Virus record (IMG/VR): IMGVR_UViG_3300045988_093856
Span: 1 to 64,000 of that record
DNA length: 64,000 bases
DNA from: a virus
Strand: one strand, 5' to 3'
Below the pieces are notes generated by a model, which worked only from the letters and a program-made list of their open reading frames with translations, had not been told where the DNA came from and made no database searches. This document shows positions 43,655 through 52,177 of this stretch, one piece after another. Position 1 is the first letter of the stretch, and each line of letters begins with the position of its first letter. The position numbers and the translations under genes are program-made.

Positions 43655-43737
43655 CGGTGCATACAGGAATCGAACCTATACGGCATTTCTGCCGGACTGA
43701 TTAGCAATCAGCTCCGCTACCATTACGGCAATGCACC
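43655..43737 (-). tRNA. tRNA-Ser (GCT)
   Basis: Acceptor GGTGCAT/ATGCACC, loop TTGCTAA, long variable arm CGGCA-GAAA-TGCCG, discriminator G. Confidence 0.8.
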
Positions 43738-43741
43738 AAAA

Positions 43742-43821
43742 TAGATGTAATTGGAATTAAACCAATATCTGCCTCAGCTTTTTCAAGGCCGTGGTCGCTC
43801 TATCCATTAAGCTATACATCT
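43742..43821 (-). ncRNA. tRNA-like RNA H with a 9-nt anticodon-position loop and an atypical T loop
   Basis: Acceptor AGATGTA/TACATCT, D arm GCTT-AATGGATA-GAGC, stem GCCTT/GAGGC around GAAAAAGCT, T loop TTTAATT. Confidence 0.45.
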
Positions 43822-43825
43822 ATAG

Positions 43826-43908
43826 CGCCGTGTTAGGGAATTGAACCCCAGAGCCTTTTACAGCCGACAGTTTTCAAGACTGCTCCCTCGACCAACCGGA
43901 CACACGGC
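43826..43908 (-). tRNA. tRNA-Ser (TGA)
   Basis: Acceptor GCCGTGT/ACACGGC, stem GCAGT/ACTGT, loop CTTGAAA, discriminator G. The long variable region pairs poorly. Confidence 0.65.
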
Positions 43909-44349
43909 TTACAATATATTTTGTGGAATTTCTGTTACTCCTGCTTCTATTTCTCTATGGCAGTTTGAGCAAACAAGAATACATTTATCAATTTCATTTC
44001 TTATCTTTTCCCAACTTATAGTCCATCCTCTTTCAGAAATTCCAAACTTTTTATCATCAGAGTTTTTATGATGAAACTCCAATGCACCGGAATATTTATC
44101 ATATCCGCAAATACAGCACTTGCCACCTTTGTATTCAATGGCTTTCATTTTCACAAGTTTTCTTCGCATTGCTACTGCCTCTGGATTGCTTCTCTTTTTC
44201 TTTACAGTAGCAACTTCTAATTTTTTAGTATTGTGATTTCCAAATGGAGAACACTCCAAACAATACTTTCTTCTATTGAGTGTTCTTAATTTTCCATCAA
44301 TGGATATATGGTTTGGAAATGTCTTTCCGCATTTGTTGCATATTGGCAT
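43909..44349 (-). CDS. HNH endonuclease
   Basis: CNKCG...CLEC...CCICG...LEFHHKN...CSNCHREIE. Confidence 0.85.
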   Translation of the reverse strand: MPICNKCGKTFPNHISIDGKLRTLNRRKYCLECSPFGNHNTKKLEVATVKKKRSNPEAVAMRRKLVKMKAIEYKGGKCCICGYDKYSGALEFHHKNSDDKKFGISERGWTISWEKIRNEIDKCILVCSNCHREIEAGVTEIPQNIL

Positions 44350-44895
44350 GATGTAATCTCCTTAATGCAGTCCGGCAGCGGCTTGGATGGTTGCTACCGC
44401 CGAACCGATGCAACGTGTAAGACAGTTGCCAACAAGGGTATTTCATTTTTGATGTGGTTCTCGGACCCTACACCCCTCCACATGGCTCTCATAATCCACC
44501 GACTACATACTCAAAGAGCCTCTGGCGAGTCCAACTCTTTATCGCCTTACCTCGGATGTACGTTGTTTTCGCAGTTCTCCGCCTCTACTAAATCCTCTGC
44601 GCTATCTTCTCAGATAGAAAGTTTCAATGTTCGCGGTCCCTCTGCGCATGGCAGTCGCTCCGCAATCAATCGAAACCCACGGCATTTCTGCCGCCAAGTG
44701 GATATTCTCGTAATTTCCAACGCTGCTTAAATCGCTGTAATGCTCATGCACTCTAAGCAGTAAATTTTCCGCACCGGAGTTTTCTTGAAAACTCTTGGTA
44801 ATGAAAAAGCACTTAGTGATCACCGGAACCTCGCCACCGCCAATTTTCTTTCCTGTTAAAGCCGGACTAAGAAAATCGGTTAAGAAATCCGCTCG
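44350..44895 (-). other. Non-coding stretch with degenerate tRNA-derived fragments and hairpins
   Basis: GGCAGAAATGCCGTGGGTTTCGATT (~44655-44695) copies the variable and T-arm region of tRNA-Ser(GCT). Also a perfect hairpin GAGTTTTC-AA-GAAAACTC (~44778-44797) and the stem CTGCTTA...TAAGCAG (~44722-44760). Confidence 0.4.
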
Positions 44896-44967
44896 TCCTA
44901 CGGTGGGGTATCGAACCCCACTATCCCCGGTGCTAGCCCGTGGCATTTCCACTTATGCTATCGTAGG
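44896..44967 (-). ncRNA. Pseudo-tRNA (acceptor, D and T arms present; no foldable anticodon stem)
   Basis: Acceptor CCTACGA/CCGTAGG, D arm GCAT-AAGTGGAA-ATGC, T arm TGGGG-TTCGATA-CCCCA. The central ACGGGCTAGCACCGGGG does not pair. Confidence 0.45.
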
Positions 44968-45135
44968 CATCATTGCAACGATGGTCTTTTGCGTGACTTA
45001 CGCAAGCTCTCCAATTTTAAGTCTTGTCGGCTTTCCCAGACTATCACTCACATAAAAGTCTGCACCTTGCACGAGCGGCTTATTTCGTCCGTCCGTTTGG
45101 GGACTCGAACCCCGCTTCGCTCTTTGCGAATGGCA

Positions 45136-45207
45136 TACCCGATAGGAGAATCGAACTCCTGCTACCATCGTGAAAGGGTGGTGTCTTAGCCTCTTGACTA
45201 ATCGGGC
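45136..45207 (-). tRNA. tRNA-Glu (TTC)
   Basis: GCCCGAT-TA-GTCAAGAGGCTAAGAC-A-CCACC-CTTTCAC-GATGG... closely resembles Bacillus-type tRNA-Glu. Confidence 0.8.
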
Positions 45208-45212
45208 ATAAG

Positions 45213-45296
45213 TGGGTAGGAGAGGAATCGAACCTCTGGTGTTTCTAATGTGGGGGATTTACAGTCCCTTGCCCTCGCCGCTAGGCATACCTACCC
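45213..45296 (-). tRNA. tRNA-Tyr (GTA), class II
   Basis: Acceptor GGGTAGG/CCTACCC, D arm TGCC..GGCA, loop CTGTAAA, long variable region. Confidence 0.7.
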
Positions 45297-45751
45297 ATAT
45301 TTCTGCCAGAATAAGTATCTGTTTGTGAATGACAATTAGGACATAGAAAGCACAAATTACTTATTCTGTGATCGTTATGTATTCCGTTTTTATGTTCTAA
45401 TTGAAGCGTAAGCGGTTTTCCGTTCCACTCTCCTTTATTCCCACATTCGTGACACTCATACTTTAATAAACCAGCTTTCAATATTCTTTGTTTTAGGCGG
45501 TTTATATTTCCGTATGGAGAGTTTTCTATCAAAATGTCCTCTAAGGCATACTTCGGATGTGATGAACGAATATGGGTTGTTTCAAAATGCGAAATATCAA
45601 TTTCCATTTCCTCGATACGCTTTTTGACAAATCGCCCCATTGACCCGCTCGACTTGCTATATCCAAGTTTTTCTACGACTTCTTGTAAACATCTGCTTTC
45701 TTTTACTGCATTTCTAAATACATCATCTGGTATTTTTTTCAATCTTCCCAT
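45281..45751 (-). CDS. HNH endonuclease
   Basis: YECHECG...LQLEHKNGIHNDHRISNLCFLCPNCHSQ. Confidence 0.85.
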   Translation of the reverse strand: MGRLKKIPDDVFRNAVKESRCLQEVVEKLGYSKSSGSMGRFVKKRIEEMEIDISHFETTHIRSSHPKYALEDILIENSPYGNINRLKQRILKAGLLKYECHECGNKGEWNGKPLTLQLEHKNGIHNDHRISNLCFLCPNCHSQTDTYSGRNMGRYA

Positions 45752-45875
45752 GATATATCCTTTTCATCATGCTCCTTGTTATCGCACAAAGGAAAGCGGT
45801 GGGAACCTTATTCGCAAGAGCTACGCCCACAGGTGGAATCGAACCACCATTCTGCTCCAAGCTCGCTCCGGCATA

Positions 45876-46151
45876 TTATCGGTTGACTTCTTCCTTTAAT
45901 GCCTTGCCCGGCTTAAACTTCGGAGCTTTGCAAGCTGCAATTTTAAGTTCCTCTCCGGTCTGCGGATTCTTACCTGTTCTTGCAGCACGTTCTACTGTCT
46001 CAAACGTACCGAATCCGATCAACTGAACCTTTTCGCCCTTTCCCAGCTCTCCGCCGACAACTTCAACAAATGCGTTCAGCGCTTTCTCTGCGTCATTCTT
46101 TGAAATTCCGGCTCTGTCTGCCATTGCGGCGACTAATTCTGCCTTATTCAT
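45876..46151 (-). CDS. hup: HU/IHF-family DNA-binding protein
   Basis: [11 protein letters not shown]...[38 protein letters not shown]. Confidence 0.95.
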   Translation of the reverse strand: MNKAELVAAMADRAGISKNDAEKALNAFVEVVGGELGKGEKVQLIGFGTFETVERAARTGKNPQTGEELKIAACKAPKFKPGKALKEEVNR

Positions 46152-46260
46152 CCTTTTTCCCTCCTTTCTTGTGATCGCTATATACTGCGTATGCGATTAC
46201 TGCGACTACTTCTACAACTAAGGTTACGGCTACGCCGCACCAAAATTCAGGAATGTACAT
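46144..46260 (-). CDS. Small hydrophobic peptide (38 aa; not in the ORF track)
   Basis: [44 protein letters not shown] lies 7 nt upstream, and the stop overlaps the hup start. Confidence 0.4.
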   Translation of the reverse strand: MYIPEFWCGVAVTLVVEVVAVIAYAVYSDHKKGGKKDE

Positions 46261-46395
46261 ATCCGTTCTCCTTGTTCATATATTTGCATAGCGACCATCC
46301 TTCGCTCTATGCCCGGGAGCATTTAACTTTCACAGCTCCAACCGTCCGGAGATCCGCTTACGATGCACCGGAAGCACCGTCTGTTGCAACCAGAA

Positions 46396-46469
46396 TGGAC
46401 CATCAGGGACTCGAACCCCGGACCGACCGGTTATGAGCCGGTTGCTCTAACCAACTGAGCTAATGGTCC
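46396..46469 (-). tRNA. tRNA with a CAT anticodon, Ile2 (lysidine)-like body
   Basis: GGACCAT-TA-GCTCAGTTGGTTAGAGC-A-ACCGG-CTCATAA-CCGGT-CGGTC... resembles Firmicutes tRNA-Ile(CAU). Confidence 0.75.
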
Positions 46470-46567
46470 AATCCCCACACCGTTTCCGGCATGGGTTTGA
46501 CATTAGGGTTTACCGGAAGATAATTTCAGTGGGACCTTCCGGGCGAACTGTCGGGGACCAGTTCTAA

Positions 46568-46640
46568 TGGGAAGTGTTGGTGTCGAACCAACTCCTGCAG
46601 ATTTTCAGTCTGCCGCTTCTACCGAGTTAGCTTACTTCCC
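46568..46640 (-). tRNA. tRNA-Phe (GAA)
   Basis: Acceptor GGGAAGT/ACTTCCC, then GCAGA-CTGAAAA-TCTGC, T arm GTTGG-TTCGACA-CCAAC. Position 8 is A rather than U. Confidence 0.7.
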
Positions 46641-46832
46641 TTGGAGCAGTGCCGCTGTCTTTCGGCACCGCTTCTCATAAAAGGAGAATGTGTTATGTCC
46701 CTATACCTTATGGTTCTGTTTATTCCGCTAAACAGTTCTCCGTGTCACTTGGTATGGTCGTAGTATATCCCACTTAACATTGTTTGTCAAGTGGAATAAA
46801 CATCTTTTTCAAAAAAATTTCATTTTTCCTGT

Positions 46833-47063
46833 TTAGTCCACTTTACTTCCACATTTCTGGGAATCAGAAACCAAGGCACTTACAGGGATTTCTAAGAATT
46901 TTGCTATGTCGTATATCCTATCGACAGTAGGGTACCTTGTGTTTGTTTCCCATTCGGTTACGGTTACTCTTGAAACTCCTATCCCCCGTGCAAGTTCGTC
47001 TTGTGTCAGTCCGCGTTCTTTTCTTTCTCTCCGCAGATTCATCGGAAAATTATATTGTTCCAT
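46833..47063 (-). CDS. XRE-family HTH protein
   Basis: RKERGLTQDELARGIGVSRVTVTEWE. Confidence 0.7.
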   Translation of the reverse strand: MEQYNFPMNLRRERKERGLTQDELARGIGVSRVTVTEWETNTRYPTVDRIYDIAKFLEIPVSALVSDSQKCGSKVD

Positions 47064-47075
47064 GCTATCCCTCTC

Positions 47076-48728
47076 TTATATTCCGAGTTCGCTCCTTTTA
47101 ACAACGTGTCCTTCTCCCCCGAGAAGTGCATCTACATACTGTGCGAACATCGCTAAAGTGTCCGGCGCATCATCATGTTTGTTCTTTCCTAGCTGTGTGT
47201 AGCTGCAAAGGAACGACATCATAATGCCGTAATCACTCTTAGGCTCGTATTCTTCCGGGTCTTTGAATACAACGTGCTTTTTAACCCAATCCGAATTAAC
47301 GATTATCTTCGTTTCCTTATTCTGCGTGGTGTATTTCTTTGTGATATGGCATCTGCCGCCTTTTTCCTTGACGAGCTTTTCTACCTCATTCGCAGTACGG
47401 CTACCCTCTTTATTACTCTCGAATTGGCACTGCTGAACATGATGCTTTACAAGCATATCTGAGTTCAATTCATCGAGCGTTCCAGGATCAATGTTCTTAA
47501 ATACCAAATCCTCCAGATAATACAAATCTCCATACTGATAGAAAACGCCAAGGAAATTGTAGTCTGTACCTGTGTCCTTGGTATCGCAGATTCCCAGAAT
47601 AGAATCCGGCTCTCTGTCCGGCAGTCCTCCGAGATAACGTTTGAGTTCAGTAGGATGATACAGAATACCTTCACGTTCAATCGGATCGCTCTTATACAGA
47701 CAGCGATATGAAACATCGTCCATCGACATTTCCATATCCGCAAAATACTTTTCGTCAAATCCTACATCGTAGTCGTAATCAAAGTTGCTCTTTCCAGTCT
47801 TAGGGTCAATATCCGGCACGGCGATAAATTCTGCCCTCGGATTGCCCTCATACATTCTTTCAAGCCGGCCTATTACATCATGTACACTCCAACGGGTAGC
47901 AATGTGTATTTCTTTTGCCTTTTTCTTTTTACGAGATTTAAGGTCGGTCGTGTATTCGCCATATAATTTATCCAGTCGGTCGATTGAAAGAGCTTCCTCA
48001 ATACCGGAAACAAGGTCGTCCACATACAGAAATCCCTCACATCTCGTAACACCGGTAAGAGAACCTCTGATTGGTCTACAGGTTAGCGTCTTGAACGGCT
48101 GCCATCTGCCAAGATTTATCGTTTCCTCTTTTGCGTTGTTGCCCTCGAAAACCACATCCGGGAATACCTCGGCCCAGCAATACTCATTACTTGTAATGAT
48201 ATTGAGTACCGCATCATAAAACATTCGTGTCATAAATCCAGAATGTGAGGACATAAGGTTTGGCGTGTTGGGATAATGCCCCATCACAAACGAAATGAAA
48301 AATTCCCCAAGCGTGGTTTTTCCTGTGCCGGGCGGCATTGAAATCGACAGTATATCCAGTTCATCATCCAAAAGCCTTTGCATCTTCTGTACGAGCCAAT
48401 AGAGCTTATTTCGGCGCGGTTGATAATATCTGTCCTCTGGATCACGGTCTTTTTCAACAAAAAGGAGGTAGGCATCAAAATCCATGTGTTCCTGCGCAAG
48501 AAACCGCAGCGCATCATTGTACAGATTGTAAAATCTTATATCTCCGGTTGCGCACAGTCTCAACGCAAGGAAACGGACTTTATTTGCTACCTTCTTGGAT
48601 ATTGCCTTATCCTCCGGCAAAACTTCTCTTGCCATACTTAAAAGCGAAATGAGGTTATCGTAATCACTCAGATCGCTTTTAAGCAAGGCGGCAATAATCT
48701 GTTTATTTGTCAACTCGCTTTGAGCCAT
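47076..48728 (-). CDS. terL: Terminase large subunit
   Basis: Walker A-like SMPPGTGKTT and a C-terminal nuclease-type region; about 550 aa. Confidence 0.85.
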   Translation of the reverse strand: MAQSELTNKQIIAALLKSDLSDYDNLISLLSMAREVLPEDKAISKKVANKVRFLALRLCATGDIRFYNLYNDALRFLAQEHMDFDAYLLFVEKDRDPEDRYYQPRRNKLYWLVQKMQRLLDDELDILSISMPPGTGKTTLGEFFISFVMGHYPNTPNLMSSHSGFMTRMFYDAVLNIITSNEYCWAEVFPDVVFEGNNAKEETINLGRWQPFKTLTCRPIRGSLTGVTRCEGFLYVDDLVSGIEEALSIDRLDKLYGEYTTDLKSRKKKKAKEIHIATRWSVHDVIGRLERMYEGNPRAEFIAVPDIDPKTGKSNFDYDYDVGFDEKYFADMEMSMDDVSYRCLYKSDPIEREGILYHPTELKRYLGGLPDREPDSILGICDTKDTGTDYNFLGVFYQYGDLYYLEDLVFKNIDPGTLDELNSDMLVKHHVQQCQFESNKEGSRTANEVEKLVKEKGGRCHITKKYTTQNKETKIIVNSDWVKKHVVFKDPEEYEPKSDYGIMMSFLCSYTQLGKNKHDDAPDTLAMFAQYVDALLGGEGHVVKRSELGI

Positions 48729-48744
48729 GAAAACCATCCTTTCC

Positions 48745-48770
48745 CACGGCTCTACACGGCTCTATTTTTA
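48745..48770 (-). repeat. GAGCC-tandem motif, copy 4 (direct repeat TAGAGCCGTG x2) just upstream of terL
   Basis: Minus strand: ATAGAGCCGTGTAGAGCCGTGGGAAAGGATGG..ATG. Confidence 0.45.
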
Positions 48771-49079
48771 TTACTGTCTGACAGTCTTTATATCTGCGGT
48801 AATTTTCACTCCGCAAACCCTGGGTTCTTCTGTCATTGTGAAAGTTATGCACCCATTTTGAAGTAATCCATCGCACAATTCCTCTGCCATTCTTTTCCGA
48901 ACCCAATCAATGTGTTCTTTTGAACCGAGATCAAATATGTTTACAATTCTCTCTACTCGGTAAGTTTCTACATGGACACGGTTTGCTCCTACCTCTCGCA
49001 TTACCATTCTGTGCAAACGGTTAATCTCTGCTTTCATTTTTCGGCGGTTCATCCGCATTTCTTTTCTTGGCTTCTTCAT
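48771..49079 (-). CDS. Hypothetical protein (102 aa)
   Basis: ORF only. Confidence 0.5.
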   Translation of the reverse strand: MKKPRKEMRMNRRKMKAEINRLHRMVMREVGANRVHVETYRVERIVNIFDLGSKEHIDWVRKRMAEELCDGLLQNGCITFTMTEEPRVCGVKITADIKTVRQ

Positions 49080-49324
49080 GCGGTTTCCTCCGTCGGTTTA
49101 CTTTCGTTTTTCCGGTCGCGGACACTTTTACTGCATACCCTAACAATAAGAGTATTCATATTGTGGTTCTGCTCCATGATAAGCTGATTCTGCCGGACAA
49201 TTTCTTTTCGCACCTTAGAATCAAGTATTGTTGTCAAAATGGTGGCAATCAAATTCAGTATCAACATACCGAACCAGAACAAAGCGACCCAATTCACTTC
49301 TACCAGTAACACTTCCATTCTCAT
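49076..49324 (-). CDS. Small membrane protein (82 aa)
   Basis: Hydrophobic N-terminus WVALFWFGMLILNLIATILTTIL. Confidence 0.45.
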   Translation of the reverse strand: MRMEVLLVEVNWVALFWFGMLILNLIATILTTILDSKVRKEIVRQNQLIMEQNHNMNTLIVRVCSKSVRDRKNESKPTEETA

Positions 49325-49650
49325 TCCTCTCCCGGCATATAATATACGCCGCAGTTATAAGTTTTTACTTCGGGTTCTCCAGTTGACTTAATGAGCATTG
49401 CACCGTTCGCTAAGCCCTTTAACGCATCCAAACCTACCTCATGCTCTCTGGCAACTATGAAATTCTGAGGAAAAATATTGTTCAGCATATCTTTATAAAC
49501 TTCTGCTGCACGTTCTTCTGTACTGTAGGTTCCAAGGATAATATCATCAACTTTGGTAACTGCGGTAATTCTTCTTGACTCCTGAGTAATGCAAATCACA
49601 TTATCCACGTTTACCGTGATTTTACGCTTCATATCAACAACAAACATCAT
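49321..49650 (-). CDS. Hypothetical protein (109 aa)
   Basis: ORF with an overlapping stop/start. Confidence 0.5.
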   Translation of the reverse strand: MMFVVDMKRKITVNVDNVICITQESRRITAVTKVDDIILGTYSTEERAAEVYKDMLNNIFPQNFIVAREHEVGLDALKGLANGAMLIKSTGEPEVKTYNCGVYYMPGEE

Positions 49651-50432
49651 TCATCCTCCAACCATCTGTTATCCAGATAACAAAAGCCATACACCGCACC
49701 GCCAGTCAGCACAATCCATACAAACCAGAATAGAACCAGACTCGCCGTTCCACTCCCGACCATGTAATCAACGGCTTCCTCTGCGCTTCTCCCATTTATG
49801 AATTTCGCTCCGTTTATAGTTCCGCCGGCCAGCTTCGCATAGATTGTTCCGTCATAAGAGGTATCGCAGCCATAATATTTGTACCTGATATGATAGCCTC
49901 CATTTACTGTGTCGATATAGTATGATCCTGGAAATCCTATGGTTCCGTACGGGAACTCTACGCCGAGGAATTTAATGCTTTCACAGTGAATGGATTCTCT
50001 GCCAACTTCATCCCATTCCCAATATGTTTCTATGTGGGAGCCTACCTTGTTTCCATCTTCATCGTAATCATCCACGACTTTGGTATGTTCGGTGTATTCT
50101 TCTTTTATCTTTTCAACATAGGCATATTCCCCGTCAATATCTGGGTAACTTACCGGCCCTACCGCTTCCAATGTGCCTGACACAAAGGCATTTCCTACAT
50201 TTGTTCTCATGCCATACTGAAATAACTCTGTGTCCGCATTGATTTTCATAGCTTGGTAGTATTCCTGATTTGCTTCATCGTTGGCGGAGGCTATCTTCTC
50301 ACTCAGGAAGAAGCCCGCCGTCAACATGACAAGAACTATGGCTATGCTGAAAAGAAGCTCTCTCACGGTCAAATCCCAACCACAGCCGGAATAAATAACC
50401 TTGCTTCTCTTTCTCATAGGCTTACTCTCCAA
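49647..50432 (-). CDS. Membrane-anchored protein (N- and C-terminal TM segments), partner of LemA
   Basis: 261 aa, overlapping the lemA-like gene by 11 nt. Confidence 0.55.
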   Translation of the reverse strand: MESKPMRKRSKVIYSGCGWDLTVRELLFSIAIVLVMLTAGFFLSEKIASANDEANQEYYQAMKINADTELFQYGMRTNVGNAFVSGTLEAVGPVSYPDIDGEYAYVEKIKEEYTEHTKVVDDYDEDGNKVGSHIETYWEWDEVGRESIHCESIKFLGVEFPYGTIGFPGSYYIDTVNGGYHIRYKYYGCDTSYDGTIYAKLAGGTINGAKFINGRSAEEAVDYMVGSGTASLVLFWFVWIVLTGGAVYGFCYLDNRWLEDE

Positions 50433-51006
50433 ATAAGTTGCTCACAGGCTGTCTATCTGCCTCACTGTATTCCAAATATGTGTAACTGATAGTTTCATAC
50501 CCCATGATGGATAGAATCTGTTTATTGGGGAATTTGCGCACGAATTTGTTATATGCCCGGACCTCATTGTTATAAGTCGTCCTGTACTGCAGGATCATGT
50601 TCTCCGTGGTAGACAACTCATTCATCAACTCTTTATAATTTTCATTCGATTTCAATTCCGGGTATGCCTCGGCGATCGCCGCAATGGAGGTAGTCACATT
50701 TTCAATATCTGCGCTGCCGCCGTTTTCTCCCCTTGCTTCAACCACGCCAATAAGGGTTTCCGCTTCGTGCTTATCGTACTGCATTACGCAGTCTGCTAGA
50801 TTGTAGATAAGATCAGTTCTGCGCTTCTCCTGAGCCTGAATGTCAGAGTCAGCAGCCAAAATCTGTTCCTCCAATGAGATTGCTCTGTTGTTGGTGCTGG
50901 TAAAAATACCAACGACCACAAGAGCAAATGCCGCTACAATACAAACGATAATGAGTGCCTTTTTGTTAATCTTCATCTTTCTTGTCCTCCTGGATTTTAA
51001 TTTCAA
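50422..51006 (-). CDS. lemA: LemA-family membrane protein
   Basis: N-terminal TM segment, then NRAISLEEQI...EKRRTDLIYNL...YPELKSNENYKELMNELSTTEN. Confidence 0.75.
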   Translation of the reverse strand: MKLKSRRTRKMKINKKALIIVCIVAAFALVVVGIFTSTNNRAISLEEQILAADSDIQAQEKRRTDLIYNLADCVMQYDKHEAETLIGVVEARGENGGSADIENVTTSIAAIAEAYPELKSNENYKELMNELSTTENMILQYRTTYNNEVRAYNKFVRKFPNKQILSIMGYETISYTYLEYSEADRQPVSNLFGE

Positions 51007-51077
51007 GACTTCCGCGTAGGAAGCCCGTTACTCAACTTTTCTACAGATGATAAGTGAGCTAAATTTAATCTGTGTTA

Positions 51078-51806
51078 TTATGCCTTTGCCCCATCTTCAA
51101 TCCACCAATCGAAATCGAGATTGTATTTTGCCATAAATAAGGATTTTGCCATATCCTCTAATAATTGATGCTGCATTTCGGAGTAATACAATCCCTCTAA
51201 AGAGTGATTTTCTGCCGAAAAGAACTTAAAATGCAATAATTCATGGATAAGAGTTACTTCATGCGGCTGTTTAATAATCATATCAGTCGGCATATCCTCT
51301 TTTGCTAATATGCTTATGGTTCCGCATCTGTTTACCCATTGACAACTGCTTTCTCCAGCCCAATTTATATCGCTCAATTCCCCTCTTTTTGCAAAAGCTA
51401 TTGCGATATGCCAATCAGACAAAAGCAGTCTCTTTTTCCATTCATTCAGGCAATCGTACATTTCCTGTTCGTTATCAAAATACATCTTAGGCTCTGTCGG
51501 TAACGATTTGACAATCTCAAAAGTTTCATTGAAGTATCTTGGAGAATAGGGTCTAAACCCTCTTTCGTTTTTAACAATATAATCTCCCGGTTCTGTGCGG
51601 GCATCTCCTTTCCCCGGCGGTGTTTTAATAACAAGCCCACCATTGGGACTGTAACTGAAATCTATGCGAAAATGTTCTCCACTTGCGCTCATGTAATCAT
51701 CTTTCTTCTCTCCAAAAGTGAGGAAGTCAAACATTTCTCTTTGATTCTGACCGGTCCATACAAGATACTCGCATATAGCACCTGTTTCTCTTGATTTACA
51801 TTTCAA
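51078..51806 (-). CDS. Putative zinc metallopeptidase-like protein (HExxH)
   Basis: HEVTLIHELLH motif. Confidence 0.4.
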   Translation of the reverse strand: MKCKSRETGAICEYLVWTGQNQREMFDFLTFGEKKDDYMSASGEHFRIDFSYSPNGGLVIKTPPGKGDARTEPGDYIVKNERGFRPYSPRYFNETFEIVKSLPTEPKMYFDNEQEMYDCLNEWKKRLLLSDWHIAIAFAKRGELSDINWAGESSCQWVNRCGTISILAKEDMPTDMIIKQPHEVTLIHELLHFKFFSAENHSLEGLYYSEMQHQLLEDMAKSLFMAKYNLDFDWWIEDGAKA

Positions 51807-51955
51807 TCCCTATTCCTCCTTAATCAGCTTTGCCGACTTCACTTTAATTTTCTTCCTGCCATACAGATCGTAAACCAATGCTGAGGCATGAACGCTATCA
51901 CAGCATTGCACTTTCACGGTCCTGGTAATGGGTTTTCTTTCAATGGTCTTAAAGG

Positions 51956-52177
51956 TCACTTCGTACCATCGCTGTTCTCTTTGCACTCCTGTTCCCTCCT
52001 TAACCTCTCATGGAGTCTCACGCACTTTTCGGCATTTTCGCACCTGATTGTAGTAATAGCCCTTGGAGTGGGGTCCATCATCACGGTTATGTCTGCCTTT
52101 TCAACCCTCGCTTCAAAATCAGGGCAAAACGCACAGTAGCTTTCAACTCTGAGTTCTATTCCGTTATCTTTACTCAT
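51956..52177 (-). CDS. Hypothetical protein (73 aa)
   Basis: ORF only. Confidence 0.45.
   Translation of the reverse strand: MSKDNGIELRVESYCAFCPDFEARVEKADITVMMDPTPRAITTIRCENAEKCVRLHERLRREQECKENSDGTK

Noticed and set aside
43173-44895. Group I intron(s) hosting the HNH endonuclease at 43909-44349.
   Set aside because: The flanking tRNA-Ser(TGA) is complete and not interrupted. I could not identify P3-P7 cores or a G-binding site by eye. This is left as an open check and is not claimed as a feature.
44308-45189. ORFs 44308-44730(+), 44602-44952(-), 44795-45055(+) and 44989-45189(+) in the tRNA island.
   Set aside because: They cross tRNA or tRNA-fragment sequences, have no RBS or recognisable motifs, and none fits the minus-strand operon.
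37479-47075. The tRNA array as a sign of stop-codon recoding or an alternative genetic code.
   Set aside because: All long genes (tape measure, portal, terL, the 746-aa tail protein) are intact under the standard code. None of the readable anticodons is a suppressor (CTA, TTA or TCA).
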